Notes: generated by a model not told the origin, from the letters alone. Positions 19,986 to 30,551 are shown, counted from the first letter of the stretch. The stretch is DNA of 62,611 nucleotides from an uncultured Candidatus Saccharibacteria bacterium (GCA_964362125.1 CAYICS010000004.1:1-62611), one strand, 5' to 3'. Numbers and translations: made by a program.

Positions 19986-20852
19986 ATGGCTTATCTGATT
20001 CATTTAGCGATCTTGATAGCGATTTACGGGATATTAGGGTTGAGTTTGAATTTAGTCGTCGGTTTCACTGGTCTGTTGTCAGTGACTCATGCAGCTTTCT
20101 ATGGTTTAGGCGCCTATGCCACGGCTATTCTGCTGACTAAATTCGGGATGAACTTTTTTCTGGCGTTGATTATTGGAATGGTTTTATCAGGCATCCTCGC
20201 CGCCCTGATTGGTCTGGTGTTGAGCCGTTTCCGGGGCGATTATTATGCTCTGGTTTCTTTTGGTTTTAATATTATCGTCTTCAGTATTTTTTTAAACTGG
20301 CAGGCATTGACTCGCGGACCCTTGGGCATTCCCGGCATTGCCAAGCCCAGTTTTTTTGGTTTTGATTTTAATACCAATGTTTTATTTTTAGTTTTAACAG
20401 TCGTATTTTTGTTGCTGGCATGGTTACTGTCATCGTTTATAACAAAATCCTCTTTTGGTCGCGTCCTCAAAGCTGTCCGTGAAGACGAAAAAGCTATTCA
20501 AGTTTTCGGCTACTACACGCCCGGATATAAACTGATGATTTTCGCCATCGCCGCCATGATGGCTTCAGTGGCTGGCTCGCTTTTTGCTTCTTACATTTCC
20601 TTCATTGATCCCTCCACCTTCACTCTCAACGAATCTATCTTTATTTTGGCCATCATCATTTTAGGCGGCTTAGCCAGCCACCGTGGTTCTTTTTGGGGGG
20701 CCGTGGCCTTAATTTTACTGCCAGAACTTTTGCGCTTTGTCGGTTTTCCTTCAGATATTGCCGCTCAGATGCGTCAGGTTGCCTATGGATTGATTTTGGT
20801 ATTATTAATGTTGTACCGGCCCCAGGGCTTATTTGGGGAATTTAGGTTCTAG
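19986..20852 (+). CDS. livM: Branched-chain amino acid ABC permease LivM
   Basis: SLNLVVGFTGLLSVTHAAF, SSFGRVLKAVREDE, LYRPQGL motifs. Confidence 0.92.
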   Translation: MAYLIHLAILIAIYGILGLSLNLVVGFTGLLSVTHAAFYGLGAYATAILLTKFGMNFFLALIIGMVLSGILAALIGLVLSRFRGDYYALVSFGFNIIVFSIFLNWQALTRGPLGIPGIAKPSFFGFDFNTNVLFLVLTVVFLLLAWLLSSFITKSSFGRVLKAVREDEKAIQVFGYYTPGYKLMIFAIAAMMASVAGSLFASYISFIDPSTFTLNESIFILAIIILGGLASHRGSFWGAVALILLPELLRFVGFPSDIAAQMRQVAYGLILVLLMLYRPQGLFGEFRF

Positions 20853-20902
20853 TATGCGAATAGCCAGACTAAAGTCCATGCGAAAAGGCACACACGAATA
20901 AA

Positions 20903-21634
20903 ATGACGATTCTTCAGACAAAAAATTTAATTAAGAAATTCGACGGCGTTCATGCGGTTGATAATCTTTCCATTGAGATAGAGAAGGGCAAAATTACCGG
21001 CATTGTCGGGCCTAATGGTTCGGGCAAGACGACTTTAATCAATACTTTAAGCGGCGTTCTGCCCATTGACGGCGGCTTGGTTATCATCAGCGGTTCTAGA
21101 TTTCAAGCAATCCAGCCATACCAGATACCAAATTTTGGCCTCACCCGGACTTTTCAGGATATTCATCTTTTTAATCAGATGAGTGTTTTAGATAATATTT
21201 TGGTGGCGCTCACCGAGCGGCCGGTCTTCTCAGCGCTTTTTGAAAAACACGGACAAAAGCATTTGCGTCAAGCCGAGGAGATTTTGAAAAAAGTGAATAT
21301 CTGGGAGAAGCGCGATGTTAATGCGGAAAATCTCTCTTATGGTCAGCGCAAACTTCTGGAAATTGGCCGGGCGTTGGCGATGAATGTAAAGATTTATTTA
21401 CTGGATGAACCCTTTGCCGGTCTTTTTAAAGAAATGCGCAAGGTAGTTAGTGGCATCATTTTAGACTTAAAACAGCAGGGGCGGACGATAATTTTAATTG
21501 AACACGACATGGATTTGATTCGCGATCTCTCTGATTATGTTTTTGTTATGGATTTCGGTCAGCTTCTGGCTGAAGGCAAGCCGGACGAAGTGCTTGCTAA
21601 ACCCGAAGTGATTGAAGCATACTTGGGTTCATGA
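20903..21634 (+). CDS. livG: LIV ABC ATPase LivG
   Basis: GPNGSGKT, LSYGQRKLLE, LLDEPFAG, LIEHDM. Confidence 0.92.
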   Translation: MTILQTKNLIKKFDGVHAVDNLSIEIEKGKITGIVGPNGSGKTTLINTLSGVLPIDGGLVIISGSRFQAIQPYQIPNFGLTRTFQDIHLFNQMSVLDNILVALTERPVFSALFEKHGQKHLRQAEEILKKVNIWEKRDVNAENLSYGQRKLLEIGRALAMNVKIYLLDEPFAGLFKEMRKVVSGIILDLKQQGRTIILIEHDMDLIRDLSDYVFVMDFGQLLAEGKPDEVLAKPEVIEAYLGS

Positions 21635-22773
21635 GATATGTCGGTTGGCTCATCGTCATTATCATAGTTATATTTGGTATTTACTATTTTTGGACCCGTC
21701 CTTCGCCTAAAGGCCCCGGGGGGCAGGTTCCTGAAGAGACAAAATCAGAGGCGCTCAAAGTCGGCGCTCTACTGACTTTAACCGGCGGCGGGGGCTTTGC
21801 CGGCGAAGAAGTGAAAGAGGGGATGGATCTCGCTTCCAGAAATCCAGAAATCCAGCAAAAACTAGCAATCCAGTTTGAAGACAGCGCCACTGAACCGGCC
21901 AAAGCTGTTTCTGGTTTTAATAAACTAAATGAGATTGGCGACGCTGATATTATTGTGGTGACTTTGTCGGCTATGGCCGAGGCGGTAACGCCCATCGCTA
22001 TTGAAAAGAAAATTCCCATTTTACAAACTTTGGTTTCGGCGCCCAACATCGCCGCCGGCAGTCCTTACACTTTTAGATATTTCCATTCGGCTGATGTTGA
22101 TACAGCTATTGGTTCGCGAATTGCTTTAGAAAAAATAAAAGCCAAGACCGCGGCTATTTTGTATCTTAATGATCCCTATGGCCGCAGTCATTACGAATTT
22201 TTTAAGAAATTCTTCACCGACGGCGGTGGAAAAGTTGTTTCGGAACAATCATTCACGCGTGAAGACAACGACTTCCGCACTCACCTGACCAAAGTTAAAG
22301 AAGTCAAGCCAGATCTGCTTTATTTTGTCGGTTTAGAAAAAAGCGTGGCGCAGATTTTGAAACAAGTCCGTGAACTGAAAATTAAATCGGCGCTCTTGGC
22401 CAACGCGGTGATGGCCGGGCCGTCGGTGCAGGAGGCATCCGGGGAAAATGATGAGGGCGTGTATCTAGTTTCGCCATCTTTCTATTTTGATCAGCCCACT
22501 GATGTCGCTAAAAAATTTATTGAAGATTACAAAGCCGCCTACAACAAACCGCCTTCGCACTACGCAGCCATTGGCTATGACATTGTTAATTTGCTGGCGC
22601 GGATTGACAAACGGCAAGGGGATAGAGGCGATGACATTGTCCGCAAGCTCACCGAGATTGGCGGCATGACTGGAGCAATGGGGGATTTGACCATTGACGC
22701 TGAAGGTGAAATTTCTTATCCCCTCTATCCCGCCCAGATTAAGGAGCAGAAACTAATTAGGTTGGAATTATAA
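21631..22773 (+). CDS. LivJ/K-family substrate-binding protein, paralog 2
   Basis: LKVGALLTLTG, FEDSATEP, N-terminal TM anchor. Confidence 0.9.
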   Translation: MRYVGWLIVIIIVIFGIYYFWTRPSPKGPGGQVPEETKSEALKVGALLTLTGGGGFAGEEVKEGMDLASRNPEIQQKLAIQFEDSATEPAKAVSGFNKLNEIGDADIIVVTLSAMAEAVTPIAIEKKIPILQTLVSAPNIAAGSPYTFRYFHSADVDTAIGSRIALEKIKAKTAAILYLNDPYGRSHYEFFKKFFTDGGGKVVSEQSFTREDNDFRTHLTKVKEVKPDLLYFVGLEKSVAQILKQVRELKIKSALLANAVMAGPSVQEASGENDEGVYLVSPSFYFDQPTDVAKKFIEDYKAAYNKPPSHYAAIGYDIVNLLARIDKRQGDRGDDIVRKLTEIGGMTGAMGDLTIDAEGEISYPLYPAQIKEQKLIRLEL

Positions 22774-22803
22774 AGCTACGCTTTTGGCACCCACTGCCAT
22801 CAA

Positions 22804-23022
22804 GAGACAGCCAACCTTCCTCTCAGCAATACGCTTCGTTGCGCATAAATTCCACTTCACTCTTGGTCAGAAATTATCAGAAAAACAGAACTCGCCCTCT
22901 CCCTCGACCCGGCTCGGGATTCAGAGCTCAAACAACTGTTTTTCTTAGATTTCTTTCCCAAGAGTTCAGGAATTTATAGCTTCACTTCGCTAAATATTGC
23001 TTCGAAGAAGATTGGCTGGCTC
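22804..23022. repeat. ~220-bp palindromic element, copy C
   Basis: GAGACAGCCAA/TTGGCTGGCTC IR; 49-bp core identical to copy A. Confidence 0.85.
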
Positions 23023-23146
23023 TAACTTATGGGGGCAAAATCGCTTCTTGCGAAGAAGCGATTTTGATGGGAGCGGTTGATGAAACCGCCCCCGGGATTT
23101 TATATATTGACTTTGAAATTGTAAAGATCTATGGTATACTTTCTAT

Positions 23147-23350
23147 ATGACCACTAAAACTTATGAGAAAATTAAACAAGAAATAAAAAGAGAACTTGTT
23201 GAGGAGTTTATTCTTCCTATTCTAGAGGAAACAAGTGATTCTAAAGGAGAGTATAGAAGTGAATTCGTTAAAAAAGTCCTTAAAACTGCATCGGAAAAAC
23301 GAGTTCATAAATACAATCCGAAGACCTTTCTAAAAATTATTCATAAATAA
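23147..23350 (+). CDS. Putative antitoxin
   Basis: 67 aa, coupled to a RelE-like gene; TGGTATACT promoter upstream. Confidence 0.65.
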   Translation: MTTKTYEKIKQEIKRELVEEFILPILEETSDSKGEYRSEFVKKVLKTASEKRVHKYNPKTFLKIIHK

Positions 23351-23613
23351 TGCACTCCCTTGTTTTTGGAGGGCGATTTCTTAACTCCGCTAAAAAGCTC
23401 GAAGAGAAATTGAAATTACGACTTAAAAAAAACTTAGATAGTTTATCTGATAATCCCTTTCACCTATACCTTCACACAAAACCTCTTACTGGTGAGTTAA
23501 GGGGGCTATATTCTTTTAGATTGGGTAGGGATTTTAGAGTTATCTTTAAATTTCTGGATAACAAAGAGATTCATCTTATTGATATTACTCATAGAAAAGA
23601 TATTTATCGCTAA
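23350..23613 (+). CDS. RelE/ParE-superfamily toxin
   Basis: LHTKPLTGELRGLYSFRLG.DFRVIF...ITHRKDIY. Confidence 0.85.
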   Translation: MHSLVFGGRFLNSAKKLEEKLKLRLKKNLDSLSDNPFHLYLHTKPLTGELRGLYSFRLGRDFRVIFKFLDNKEIHLIDITHRKDIYR

Positions 23614-23618
23614 AAATT

Positions 23619-23723
23619 ATGGAAAAGTTATTGGAACTTCAAGACATCCATGTTCACTACGGCGGCGTTCGGGCCTTAGACGGCGCCAGTGTTTATCTGG
23701 ACGAGGGCGAGGTGGTTTGTTAA
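23619..23723 (+). pseudogene. Truncated, synonymously diverged copy of the livF 5' end
   Basis: First 33 aa identical to LivF (25062), then C and stop. Confidence 0.85.
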
Positions 23724-23826
23724 CAATTGGGGTCAGCAGGACTCCCGGGGTTTTTTGTTTTGACAACGGCAATCCGCTTTGTTACTATTAAATTAGATCT
23801 TTACAACCCTTTTAGGAGGATTTGCC

Positions 23827-24486
23827 GTGAAATGCGAGTGTGAGTGTAAGTGTGAGTCTGGTGGTGGAGATTTCGTTGAGGCTCTGATTACAGTTCTCTT
23901 TGTTCTCCCCATCATCAGTTCGTTCGAAGTCATCGGCGCGTTGTTTTCCAGAGAAGGGAGGAGAAATTTAAAGGGGCTCGAAGTCTTTTTGGGTCTGTTG
24001 GGATTCATAGAGATAGCATTTTTCTCTATGATTTACTTTAGTCTTTCGACAGCTAAAGACACCGCATCTGAAGAGACCTCGTTTGTTCCCTCAAATAATC
24101 TTCAGGCCGTTACTCATCAGACAGGTGCTGTAAAGATTCCCCCATTAACTCCACCCCAGTGTCTTCATCTCAGAGCTCGCTTTGAAGAACGTCAAGTCGA
24201 GTGGGAAGGGGAAATCTTCCGTCTAGGTATCATCAAGCACTGTGATGACTGCCGGAAGATCCATTTCTCCGATGATCAATGGCGGGACTTTGGGCCTTGG
24301 TTTATCGAAGCTAAAGCTCATGGAAGCTTGCCAACAATAAATGCTCCGGCAACAGCCGTCGAGCAAACAACTAAGCCGAAAGTACCGGCGGGTGAATACA
24401 AATTACCCCACGATCCAGAATCTCATGCCAAATTCCAAAAATGGATTGATGGTCTGAAAAAGAAAGAGAGGGAAAGACGGCGCTAA
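23827..24486 (+). CDS. Hypothetical membrane protein
   Basis: 219-aa ORF, 2 TM segments, TTGACA-N17-TACTAT promoter upstream. Confidence 0.55.
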   Translation: MKCECECKCESGGGDFVEALITVLFVLPIISSFEVIGALFSREGRRNLKGLEVFLGLLGFIEIAFFSMIYFSLSTAKDTASEETSFVPSNNLQAVTHQTGAVKIPPLTPPQCLHLRARFEERQVEWEGEIFRLGIIKHCDDCRKIHFSDDQWRDFGPWFIEAKAHGSLPTINAPATAVEQTTKPKVPAGEYKLPHDPESHAKFQKWIDGLKKKERERRR

Positions 24487-24597
24487 CCGATTAAACTTCC
24501 CAGAAGCTGTCTCGGGCGCGGGTACAAACAACTCCAATCCTAGATTGGAGTTTTTCCTTTTTTGACACAAATCATCAATTTGATTAAAATTAAGAAT

Positions 24598-24792
24598 ATG
24601 ACCACCTCTACTATTTATAAAAAGTTAAAACCAGAACTGCGTCAGTTTATTGTTGAGACTATTCATCAAGTTCTTGATGATCCAGATTTTGGAATGGAAT
24701 TAAGCGAAAGAGCCAAGAAAAGACTGGAGCAAGCCCGGAAATCAAGAAAAAGAGGCATCCCTGCTTCAGAGATTAGAAGAAAATATTACTAG
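24598..24792 (+). CDS. Putative antitoxin
   Basis: DPDFGMELS...RL...GIPASEI; TTGACA-N17-TAAAAT promoter with an internal palindrome. Confidence 0.7.
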   Translation: MTTSTIYKKLKPELRQFIVETIHQVLDDPDFGMELSERAKKRLEQARKSRKRGIPASEIRRKYY

Positions 24793-24796
24793 TTTT

Positions 24797-25060
24797 ATGG
24801 CCTTCTGGAGATGGGATTTTGATCCTGACGGAGAAGAGGAATTTAAAGATATAGATCGTTCTGTGAGGCAGAGAATTATTAATAAGCTTGATTGGCTTGT
24901 TAAAAATTTCACATCAATTAAGCCATCATCTCTAACAGGCGAGTATAGCGATTTTTTCAAATTAAGAGTGGGTAAGTGGCGGATTTTCTATAAAGTTTAT
25001 TGGAAGGATAGTTTAATCAGGGTTTATTACATTGATAATCGCGATAAAGCTTATAAATAA
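24797..25060 (+). CDS. RelE/ParE-superfamily toxin
   Basis: LTGEYSDFFKLRVGKWRIFY...IDNRDKAY. Confidence 0.85.
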   Translation: MAFWRWDFDPDGEEEFKDIDRSVRQRIINKLDWLVKNFTSIKPSSLTGEYSDFFKLRVGKWRIFYKVYWKDSLIRVYYIDNRDKAYK

Positions 25061-25061
25061 A

Positions 25062-25775
25062 ATGGAGAAACTTTTAGAGCTTCAAGATATTCACGTTCAC
25101 TACGGCGGTGTTCGGGCTTTAGACGGCGCCAGTGTTTATTTAGATGAAGGTGAGGTGGTGGCCTTGATGGGGCCTAATGGCGCCGGCAAGTCCACCATCC
25201 TCAAGACAATCTTTGGCTTGGCGCCGATTCATTCGGGAAAGGTATTGTGGCATGGCAAGCCGATCAAGCCAGTGTCCCATGAGGTGGTGGCCCGCGGCAT
25301 TGCTTTTGTCCCTCAAGGCCGGCGCGTTTTCACCAGCTTGACTGTTGAAGAAAATTTGGAGATCGGCGGCTATACTGTGCCAGACAAAAAAGAAGTGCGG
25401 CGGCGCATTGAGGAAGTGATGGAGATTTTCTTAGCGCTCAAAGCCAAGCGCCACGCTAAATCTGGCACGCTCTCGGGCGGCCAGCAACAGCAATTGGCCA
25501 TTGCCCGCGGCCTGATGACTGATCCCAAAGTTCTCCTGTTAGACGAACCAACCCTTGGTCTTGCCCCGAAGATCATCAAAGAAGTTTTTGAGACCATTAA
25601 AGAAATTAACCAGCGGCATAAAACATCTATTATGGTAGTGGAGCATAACATTAAATCATTGCTTAATTTTGTTAATCGCGCCTATGTCCTCAACCGCGGC
25701 CAAGTGGCCACTGAAGGATCACCTAAAGAGATTTTGGAAAGCGACATTTTAGAAAAAGTCTTTTTAGGGCAATAG
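25062..25775 (+). CDS. livF: LIV ABC ATPase LivF
   Basis: GPNGAGKS, VPQGRRVF, LSGGQQQQLAIARGLM, LLDEPTLGLAP. Confidence 0.93.
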   Translation: MEKLLELQDIHVHYGGVRALDGASVYLDEGEVVALMGPNGAGKSTILKTIFGLAPIHSGKVLWHGKPIKPVSHEVVARGIAFVPQGRRVFTSLTVEENLEIGGYTVPDKKEVRRRIEEVMEIFLALKAKRHAKSGTLSGGQQQQLAIARGLMTDPKVLLLDEPTLGLAPKIIKEVFETIKEINQRHKTSIMVVEHNIKSLLNFVNRAYVLNRGQVATEGSPKEILESDILEKVFLGQ

Positions 25776-25837
25776 GAAAACAAAAGAGAACAGAGTGAGT
25801 CTGCGCCACTCATCTGTTTTGTGTTACAATAAATCTA

Positions 25838-26473
25838 ATGCAACCCGAGCTTCTTATTTTTCAATTAGCAGTTTTGATTTTTTCCATAATGATCCATGAA
25901 GTTTCTCATGGGGCGGTGGCTTTTTATTTGGGAGACGACACTGCTAAAAAAGCCGGCCGCTTGACTCTCAATCCGCTGAAACATCTCGATCCTTTTGGTT
26001 CGATTATTCTGCCAGCGCTGTTGGCTATTCCGCTTTTGTTTGGCGGTCGCTCCATCATTGTCGGTTGGGCTAAACCTGTGCCTTATGATCCTCGTCAGCT
26101 TAAAGATCCGAAAACCGGCGCCGGTCTGATTGCCTTAGCCGGCCCGGCCAGCAATCTGATTATTGCCTTGGTCTTCGCTATTTTTCTACGCTTAGCAACA
26201 GCCGTGGATAATATGGCTTTAGCCAGCGCCTTTCAGATAATTATTCTCCTTAATTTGGTACTGGCAATCTTCAATTTATTTCCCGTGCCGCCGCTGGACG
26301 GCTCAAAAATTTTATTTTGGCTGATGCCCCGGCGCTGGGCGCCCATCGAGGCCTTTTTGGAACGTAATGCCCTAATTTTTTTATTGGCGGTAATCTTTCT
26401 AGGCCTGCCTTTATTACAGTTTATTGTTAGTTTCCTTTATGTATTTTTATTGACAATCGTCGGTCTCTCCTGA
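25838..26473 (+). CDS. Site-2 protease family (M50) membrane peptidase
   Basis: [29 protein letters not shown]. Confidence 0.93.
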   Translation: MQPELLIFQLAVLIFSIMIHEVSHGAVAFYLGDDTAKKAGRLTLNPLKHLDPFGSIILPALLAIPLLFGGRSIIVGWAKPVPYDPRQLKDPKTGAGLIALAGPASNLIIALVFAIFLRLATAVDNMALASAFQIIILLNLVLAIFNLFPVPPLDGSKILFWLMPRRWAPIEAFLERNALIFLLAVIFLGLPLLQFIVSFLYVFLLTIVGLS

Positions 26474-26490
26474 TATTATTTTTTATTGCA

Positions 26491-26904
26491 ATGCCAACAG
26501 TTAGACAGTTATTGAGAAAAGGCAGAAAGGCCAAAGCGCGTAAGTCCAAGGCGCCAGCGCTTTCGCGTTATTTTAATACCATAAAAAATCGGCCGGTGGA
26601 GTCGCCATCGCCTTTTAAGCGCGGCGTTTGTCTGAAAGTTTTCACTACTACTCCTAAAAAACCTAACTCAGCCTTAAGAAAAGTTTGCCGGGTGCGATTG
26701 ACCAATGGTGAAGAAGTGACCGCTTATATTCCCGGCGAGGGTCACAATCTGCAGGAACACTCGGTGGTGGTGTTGCGGGGCGGCCGGGTCAAAGATTTGC
26801 CGGGAGTCCGCTATCATGTGGTGCGGGGCGTTTTAGATACCACTGGTGTGGAAGTCAGGAAACAACAGAGGTCGAAGTATGGAGCCAAGCGCCCTAAGGC
26901 TTAA
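26491..26904 (+). CDS. rpsL: 30S ribosomal protein S12
   Basis: [23 protein letters not shown]. Confidence 0.99.
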   Translation: MPTVRQLLRKGRKAKARKSKAPALSRYFNTIKNRPVESPSPFKRGVCLKVFTTTPKKPNSALRKVCRVRLTNGEEVTAYIPGEGHNLQEHSVVVLRGGRVKDLPGVRYHVVRGVLDTTGVEVRKQQRSKYGAKRPKA

Positions 26905-26935
26905 CCTTTGATATTTGACCTTTGATATTTGACCA

Positions 26936-27403
26936 ATGAGAAAAAAAAGAAACTACAAACGGGAACGGAAGCCGGATTTAAAGTACAGCGACGTCCGGGT
27001 CGGGAGATTTATTAATTATGTAATGGAGCAGGGTAAAAAGAGTATTGCTCAGAAGGTTGTTTATGATGCTTTTGAGCAGATTGAGAAAAAGACAAAAAAA
27101 GAACCGATGGCGATTTTTGAAAAAGCCCTAGAGAATGCCTCGCCTCAGGTCGAAGTGGTCAGCCGTCGGGTCGGCGGCGCCAATTATCAGGTACCGCGGC
27201 CAGTACGGCCGGATCGACAGTTTATTTTGGCAGCCAAATGGATTGTTGCTGCTGCCCGGCTCCGTAAAGGCAAGCCCATGGCCGAGCGGCTAGCTGAAGA
27301 ATTTTTAGCCGCTTCCAATAACGAGGGGTCTGCTATTAAAAAGAAACAAGATACTCATAGAATGGCCGAGGCGAATAGAGCTTTCGCGCATTTTGCGTGG
27401 TAG
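26936..27403 (+). CDS. rpsG: 30S ribosomal protein S7
   Basis: RRVGGANYQVP, HRMAEANRAFAH. Confidence 0.99.
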   Translation: MRKKRNYKRERKPDLKYSDVRVGRFINYVMEQGKKSIAQKVVYDAFEQIEKKTKKEPMAIFEKALENASPQVEVVSRRVGGANYQVPRPVRPDRQFILAAKWIVAAARLRKGKPMAERLAEEFLAASNNEGSAIKKKQDTHRMAEANRAFAHFAW

Positions 27404-27407
27404 CAGA

Positions 27408-27508
27408 GTATCGATGCTAATATACGAATGAATGCGAATGATACGAATAGGAATACGGATTCGCAACCCCATTCGTAGATTCGCAAATTCGTAGATTCGC
27501 ATCGAAGC
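27408..27508. repeat. ~100-bp GTATCGATGC...GCATCGA palindromic element, copy 1
   Basis: ACGAAT/ATTCGT arrays; homologous copies at 42517, 47228, 49982, 51054, 58899. Confidence 0.9.
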
Positions 27509-27517
27509 CCAAAACCT

Positions 27518-29623
27518 ATGCCCCGTCAATATCCTATTGAAAAAGTTCGCGACATCGGCATCATTGCCCACATTGATGCTGGTAAAACCACAGTTACCGA
27601 GCGGGTGCTTTTTTACACCGGCGTTTCCCATAAAATTGGCGAAGTCCATGAAGGGACAACGGTGATGGATTGGATGGAGCAGGAAAGGGAGCGCGGCATC
27701 ACCATTACTGCTGCTGCCACAACGGCTTTCTGGATGCCGACTTACGCCAATGGTGATAAAGCTTTTGAGCATCAGATTAATATCATTGATACCCCGGGCC
27801 ACATTGATTTTACGGTTGAAGTAAAACGATCTTTACGCGTGCTGGATGGGGCGGTGGTTGTTTTTGATGGCGTCGCCGGTGTTGAACCCCAATCAGAAAC
27901 CAACTGGCATTATGCTGATGATTACAAAGTGCCGCGCATTTGTTTTATCAATAAACTCGACCGCACCGGCGCCAATTGGGAGAATAGTTTAAAGGCGATT
28001 CAAGAACGGCTTAATCCTCAGGCCGCGCCTATTCAAATTCCTATTGGTCTCGAATCCAATTTCGAGGGCGTGATTGATCTTTTGCGAATGAAAGCTTATT
28101 ACTTCGAGGGTGAAAAAGGCGAGCGGGTTGTGGAAAAAGAAATTCCGAAAAATCTTCTGGAGGAAGCCGAAAAGCGGCGGCGGCAGCTGGTGGAAAAAAT
28201 TGCCGAACAGGATGACGAGCTGCTTCATAAATTTTTAGAACATCAGGAGATTTCGCTGGAGGATTTAAAACGTGTCTTGCGCAAAGCCTGCATTGAAGTG
28301 AAATTAATTCCGGTGTTGACCGGCGCCGCCTTAAAAAACAAGGGAGTGCAGCTGGTTTTGGACGCGGTGGTTGATTATTTGCCGTCGCCGGTTGATTTGC
28401 CGTCCATCAAAGGTATTAATCTGAAAACCGACGCTGAAGAGATCCGTTTGGCGGCTGATGACCAGCCATTGGCGGCTTTGGCTTTTAAAATCGCCGCCGA
28501 CCCCTTTGTCGGTTCGTTGACTTTCTTCCGGGTTTATTCCGGCACTCTCAAGCGCAGCACCTATATTTTGAATTCTACCAAAAACTCACAAGAACGAGTG
28601 GGGCGGATTGTTCGTCTTCACGCCAATCACCGCGAGGAGGTGAATGAGATTTACGCCGGTGAAATCGGCGGCTTGGTGGGAATGAAAGATACCAGCACCG
28701 GCGACACTTTATCTGATCCCGATCATCCCATCTTGCTGGAGAAAATAATTTTCCCCGAGCCGGTGATCTCTATGCGTATTTCTCCCAACACCAAAGCCGA
28801 TCAGGAAAAAATGGGCATTGCCCTGCGCCGTTTGTCAGAGGAAGACCCGACTTTCCGGGTGAGCGGCGATCAGGAGACAGGCGAGACGATTATTTCCGGA
28901 ATGGGGGAGTTGCATTTGGAAATTATCGTGGACCGGATGAAGCGGGAGTTTACCGTTGAAGCTAAGACCGGCCGGCCGCAGGTGGCTTATAAAGAAACAG
29001 TGACGGCTCTGGCTGAAGCTGAAGGTAAATATATTCGCCAGACCGGCGGTCGGGGGCAATATGGTCATGTCTGGCTGAAAGTAGAGCCGCGGGAGCGGGG
29101 AGCGGGTTTTGAATTTGTTGATGCTATTAAAGGCGGCGCCATTCCTAAAGAATTTATTCCGGCAGTGGAGAAAGGCGTGAAGGAGGCGATTGATAAAGGT
29201 GTAGTGGCTCATTATCCGATGGTGGATTTGCAGGCAACTCTTTACGATGGTTCTTACCACGAAGTTGACTCTTCGGAGATTGCTTTTAAAATCGCCGGCT
29301 CGATGGCTTTTCAGGAAGCGGCTAAGCGGGCCCGGCCAGTGATGCTGGAACCAATTATGAAAATTCAGGTGATTATGCCCACGGAATTTTTGGGAGATGT
29401 AACCGGGGATTTGTCAGCCAAGCGCGCCAAAATTGAAGCGATGAACGATCGTTTTAACATCAAAATGATAGATGCTAAAGTGCCGCTGTCCGAGATGTTT
29501 GGCTATGCCACCTCATTGCGTTCCATGACTCAGGGCCGGGGCTCATTCACGATGGAGTTTTCTCACTACGAGGAAGTTCCGAACAATATCGCGCAGTTAA
29601 TAATTGAGGGGAAAAGGAAGTAA
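27518..29623 (+). CDS. fusA: Elongation factor G
   Basis: [26 protein letters not shown]; 701 aa. Confidence 0.99.
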   Translation: MPRQYPIEKVRDIGIIAHIDAGKTTVTERVLFYTGVSHKIGEVHEGTTVMDWMEQERERGITITAAATTAFWMPTYANGDKAFEHQINIIDTPGHIDFTVEVKRSLRVLDGAVVVFDGVAGVEPQSETNWHYADDYKVPRICFINKLDRTGANWENSLKAIQERLNPQAAPIQIPIGLESNFEGVIDLLRMKAYYFEGEKGERVVEKEIPKNLLEEAEKRRRQLVEKIAEQDDELLHKFLEHQEISLEDLKRVLRKACIEVKLIPVLTGAALKNKGVQLVLDAVVDYLPSPVDLPSIKGINLKTDAEEIRLAADDQPLAALAFKIAADPFVGSLTFFRVYSGTLKRSTYILNSTKNSQERVGRIVRLHANHREEVNEIYAGEIGGLVGMKDTSTGDTLSDPDHPILLEKIIFPEPVISMRISPNTKADQEKMGIALRRLSEEDPTFRVSGDQETGETIISGMGELHLEIIVDRMKREFTVEAKTGRPQVAYKETVTALAEAEGKYIRQTGGRGQYGHVWLKVEPRERGAGFEFVDAIKGGAIPKEFIPAVEKGVKEAIDKGVVAHYPMVDLQATLYDGSYHEVDSSEIAFKIAGSMAFQEAAKRARPVMLEPIMKIQVIMPTEFLGDVTGDLSAKRAKIEAMNDRFNIKMIDAKVPLSEMFGYATSLRSMTQGRGSFTMEFSHYEEVPNNIAQLIIEGKRK

Positions 29624-29685
29624 TGATTATTCCTAAATAAAAATATAAATTTTGTTATTTATTACATCTCTTAATTTGTTAATTT

Positions 29686-29793
29686 GTTACATCCCTTATT
29701 CGTACGAATAAGGGATGTAACGTCTGGGTGAAAGTAAGGCGCCAGGAAGAAATCAGGAAGACGTCAGGAAAAATTCAGGAAAATTTCAGGGGT
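29686..29793. promoter_or_regulatory. Perfect 36-bp palindrome plus five CAGG motifs at 11-bp spacing upstream of the ArsR gene
   Basis: Palindrome 29686-29721; CAGG at 29743, 29754, 29765, 29776, 29787. Confidence 0.55.
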
Positions 29794-29812
29794 TTGTGTT
29801 ATTATTTAATTT

Positions 29813-30073
29813 ATGAGGGAGATTGAGAGAAGTTTGAAGGCCTTGGCCAATCGGCGGCGGTTGTCGATTGTTAAGTATTTGAAACAGAATAGAGAAGCGC
29901 CGGTGGCGGATGTTGCCGCAGCGATCAATCTTTCTTTCAAGGCGACCTCAAAGCATCTGGCTTTGCTTTCGGCGGCGGATATTGTTGATAAGGAACAGCG
30001 GAGTGTCCAGGTTTTCTATCGCTTGTCAGATAATTTAAGGTCGCCGGTTAAACATATAATTTCACTACTCTAA
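29813..30073 (+). CDS. ArsR/SmtB-family transcriptional regulator
   Basis: KALANRRRLSIV...wHTH SKHL..L...V.YRL. Confidence 0.9.
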   Translation: MREIERSLKALANRRRLSIVKYLKQNREAPVADVAAAINLSFKATSKHLALLSAADIVDKEQRSVQVFYRLSDNLRSPVKHIISLL

Positions 30074-30096
30074 TTCGAGCGAATTAGGGATATAAT
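30070..30096 (+). promoter_or_regulatory. Candidate ArsR operator (CTAATTCG-AG-CGAATTAG) adjacent to the msrB -10
   Basis: 8-2-8 inverted repeat at 30070-30087, TATAAT at 30091-30096. Confidence 0.55.
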
Positions 30097-30107
30097 AAAC
30101 TGAGAGA

Positions 30108-30551
30108 ATGAAACCAGTTAATAACGAATATTGGCGTAAGAAATTAACCCCGGAGCAGTATCGAGTTCTGCGGGGAAAGGGGACGGAGCCGGCTTTTTCT
30201 GGAAAATATTATAAGACCAAAGACAAAGGTGTTTATAGATGCGTCGCCTGCGGGGCTGGATTGTTTTCTTCAGATGCCAAGTTTGATTCCGGCACCGGCT
30301 GGCCCAGTTTTACTGAATCGATGAACAGAGAAAATGTAGAATTGCGCCAAGACCAAAGTCAGGGAATGATTAGAACAGAGGTTTCGTGCAAAAACTGTGG
30401 CTCGCATTTGGGTCACGTCTTTGACGATGACCCCACTCCAACCGGTAAAAGATTTTGTATAAACTCCTGCGCGCTGGATTTTGGTAGAAATTCTTTTATA
30501 AAAGGATTGAATGATTGTAGCCAGTTGATTATTGAAGGAAAGAGAAAATGA
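30108..30551 (+). CDS. msrB: Peptide methionine sulfoxide reductase MsrB, with an EF-G-derived C-terminal tail
   Basis: [36 protein letters not shown]. Confidence 0.95.
   Translation: MKPVNNEYWRKKLTPEQYRVLRGKGTEPAFSGKYYKTKDKGVYRCVACGAGLFSSDAKFDSGTGWPSFTESMNRENVELRQDQSQGMIRTEVSCKNCGSHLGHVFDDDPTPTGKRFCINSCALDFGRNSFIKGLNDCSQLIIEGKRK

Noticed and set aside
23147-25060. Integron cassette array
   Set aside because: No tyrosine integrase and no attC-like RYYYAAC/GTTRRRY boundaries recognised.
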